Source: a virus
Strand: one strand, 5' to 3'
Length of the DNA stretch: 16,668 nucleotides
UHGV virus genome: UHGV-0071483
In this document: one piece after another, positions 15,164 to 16,668 of the stretch
How the letters are laid out: every line of letters starts with the position of its first letter
How positions within the stretch are numbered: the first letter of the stretch is position 1
The notes under the pieces: generated by a model
The model's database searches: none
Told to the model about the DNA's origin: nothing
Seen by the model: only the letters and a program-made list of their open reading frames with translations
Position numbers and translations under genes: made by a program

Positions 15164-15777
15164 TGAACCAACAATTATTTCAAAAGGCGGCTGGTATTAG
15201 CGCCGGGCTGGCTGCGCGCTGGTTTCCGCACATTGATGCGGCGATGAAGGAATTCGGCATTACAGCACCAGCGGATCAGGCAATGTTTATCGCTCAGGTA
15301 GGCCATGAGTCGATGGGGTTTAGCGCCGTAGTTGAAAATTTTAACTACACACCATCTGCGCTGGTGGCGACGTTCGGAAAGAGGATCACACAGCAGCAGG
15401 CTGATGCCCTTGGCAGAACATCCGGACATGCAGCTCGTCAGGATGCTATTGCCAATCTGGTGTATAGCAACCGACTGGGTAACAAAGCACCCGGTGATGG
15501 CTGGAAATATCGTGGTAGAGGATTAATTCAAATCACTGGCCTTCATAATTATCGCATCTGTGGCGCGGCGCTGAAGTTAGATCTGGTGACCTCACCTGAA
15601 CAACTGGAGCAGGAGCTACAGGCCGCGCGCTCAGCTGCATGGTTCTACACCTCTAAAGGCTGCATGGTCTACGGTGCCGATATTAATCGTGTTACGCGCA
15701 TCATTAACGGCGGTCTGAACGGTATTGAGGATCGTAAGGTTCGATACAACAAGGCGCGGGCGGCGCTGCTGGTATGA
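15163..15777 (+). CDS. Endolysin, glycoside hydrolase family 19 (chitinase-like)
   Basis: GH19-type motifs incl. WKYRGRGLIQITGLHNY; TAATG coupling; position in the lysis cassette. Confidence 0.75.
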   Translation: MNQQLFQKAAGISAGLAARWFPHIDAAMKEFGITAPADQAMFIAQVGHESMGFSAVVENFNYTPSALVATFGKRITQQQADALGRTSGHAARQDAIANLVYSNRLGNKAPGDGWKYRGRGLIQITGLHNYRICGAALKLDLVTSPEQLEQELQAARSAAWFYTSKGCMVYGADINRVTRIINGGLNGIEDRKVRYNKARAALLV

Positions 15778-16166
15778 AGATGAGTTATTGGGCGCTCGTT
15801 TTAACGTTTATTGCTTGTGTTGCTGGTGGTCTTGTCTGGTCAGCGAATCACTATCATGGAAAGTTTCTGGAAGAGCAGAAGCGTGCTGACGCTGCGGAAC
15901 AGCGAGCTGATTCTACTGAGGCTATCACCGCGAATGTTCTGCGTACTATGGCAATAACGAACATCATTCAGGAGGCGAATCAACATGCAAAACAGCAGAT
16001 CGCACTGGAGTCACAGAGAACCCAGGAAGATATCAAAGTGGCTGTTGCGGATGATGATTGTGCTTCACGTCATGTGCCTGCTGCCGCTGCTGACCGGTTG
16101 CGGAAGTACGCGAACAGTTTACGTACCGATTCCGGCGGTACCGTTGCCAGCAAGCCTGACTACTGA
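15774..16166 (+). CDS. Rz: Rz-like i-spanin (N-terminal TM anchor, periplasmic coiled-coil)
   Basis: N-terminal TM MSYWALVLTFIACVAGGLVW; ATGA coupling with the endolysin; embedded Rz1. Confidence 0.7.
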   Translation: MKMSYWALVLTFIACVAGGLVWSANHYHGKFLEEQKRADAAEQRADSTEAITANVLRTMAITNIIQEANQHAKQQIALESQRTQEDIKVAVADDDCASRHVPAAAADRLRKYANSLRTDSGGTVASKPDY

Positions 16167-16323
16167 AACTCCCCAGCCAGTCATTCCCGAGCCGCTGACC
16201 TATGGGGCCAGTCTGGATCTGAATGTGAGCCTGCTTTCGGCGTTGGGACAATGCAATATTGACAAAGCGGGGATTCGAAGTATCGAGATGCGCCGTAACG
16301 CTTTGCTGGCAGCAGGCAAATAG
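16051..16323 (+). CDS. Rz1: Rz1-like o-spanin lipoprotein in the +1 frame of Rz, extending past the Rz stop
   Basis: Lipobox LLTGC followed by a Pro-rich mature region (VYVPIPAVPLPASLTTETPQPVIPEP); start codon uncertain (ATG 16051 or TTG 16045). Confidence 0.6.
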   Translation: MMIVLHVMCLLPLLTGCGSTRTVYVPIPAVPLPASLTTETPQPVIPEPLTYGASLDLNVSLLSALGQCNIDKAGIRSIEMRRNALLAAGK

Positions 16324-16349
16324 TCCGGACAAAGAACAGGAATATATTT

Positions 16350-16668
16350 ATGCCCCCTCGAACTCCAAAAGCCTGCCGCGTTCGCGGCTGCCGTAATACC
16401 ACGACAGACCCGTCAGGCTACTGCGAAAGCCACAAAAGCGAAGGCTGGAAGCAATACAAGTCAGGACAATCCCGTCATCAGCGCGGTTATGGTTCTAAGT
16501 GGGATGTTATCCGTGTGCGTGTGCTGCAACGTGACAAAGGCCTGTGTCAGTTATGTCTGCGTGCTGGTGTGGCGCGTGAAGCGAAAACCGTTGACCACAT
16601 CATCCCTAAAGCACATGGCGGCACTGATGCCGACAGTAATCTGCAGAGTCTGTGCTGGCCGTGTCATA
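16350..16668 (+). CDS. HNH endonuclease, 5' partial (runs off the window end)
   Basis: Translation MPPRTPKACRVRGCRNTTTDPSGYCESHK...VDHIIPKAHGGTDADSNLQSLCWPCH shows the HNH motif; this type commonly precedes terminase genes. Confidence 0.6.
   Translation, partial: MPPRTPKACRVRGCRNTTTDPSGYCESHKSEGWKQYKSGQSRHQRGYGSKWDVIRVRVLQRDKGLCQLCLRAGVAREAKTVDHIIPKAHGGTDADSNLQSLCWPCH

Larger units (their letters stand above)
1..16668. mobile_element. Segment of a lambdoid prophage (CPS-53/KpLE1-like): early-left operon, immunity region, early-right/replication/nin region, Q, start of lysis cassette
   Basis: Gene content and order (cI-like/Cro-like divergent pair, Rha, replication protein, RusA, antirepressor, Q, holin/endolysin/Rz/Rz1, HNH); sizes of the leftward genes (120/274/178/120 aa) match the YfdP/Q/R/S series as I recall it. 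Confidence 0.85.

Noticed and set aside
1-16668. CRISPR arrays, tRNA/rRNA genes, IS elements, integrase or att sites
   Set aside because: No regularly spaced repeat-spacer array, no tRNA-like cloverleaf signatures, no transposase or integrase-like ORF seen; the attachment site and integrase presumably lie outside the window.

Overview
The window is a segment of a lambdoid (CPS-53/KpLE1-like) enterobacterial prophage, read from the sequence alone with no searches run. Left to right it holds: (1) an AT-richer two-gene cargo module on the + strand, a DUF4065/Panacea-domain protein followed by a membrane protein with two C-terminal TM helices, which is my best candidate for an undescribed toxin-antitoxin or defence system; (2) a leftward early operon (YfdP/Q/R/S/T-like genes, a DEDDh exonuclease, a PrtN/Xis-like gene); (3) the immunity region with a cI-like HTH + S24-peptidase repressor, divergent promoters and a Cro-like gene; (4) the rightward early region (CII-like, Rha, replication protein, PerC-like regulator, N6-adenine methyltransferase, LexA-DBD-like gene, RusA, SOS-box-controlled KilA-N antirepressor, DUF968/HNH-like protein, antiterminator Q); (5) the start of the late region (PR'/tR', holin, GH19 endolysin, Rz/Rz1, partial HNH endonuclease). 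No tRNA, rRNA, CRISPR array or IS element was seen. Family assignments rest on my recognition of translated motifs and gene-size patterns; GC content was judged by eye, not computed.
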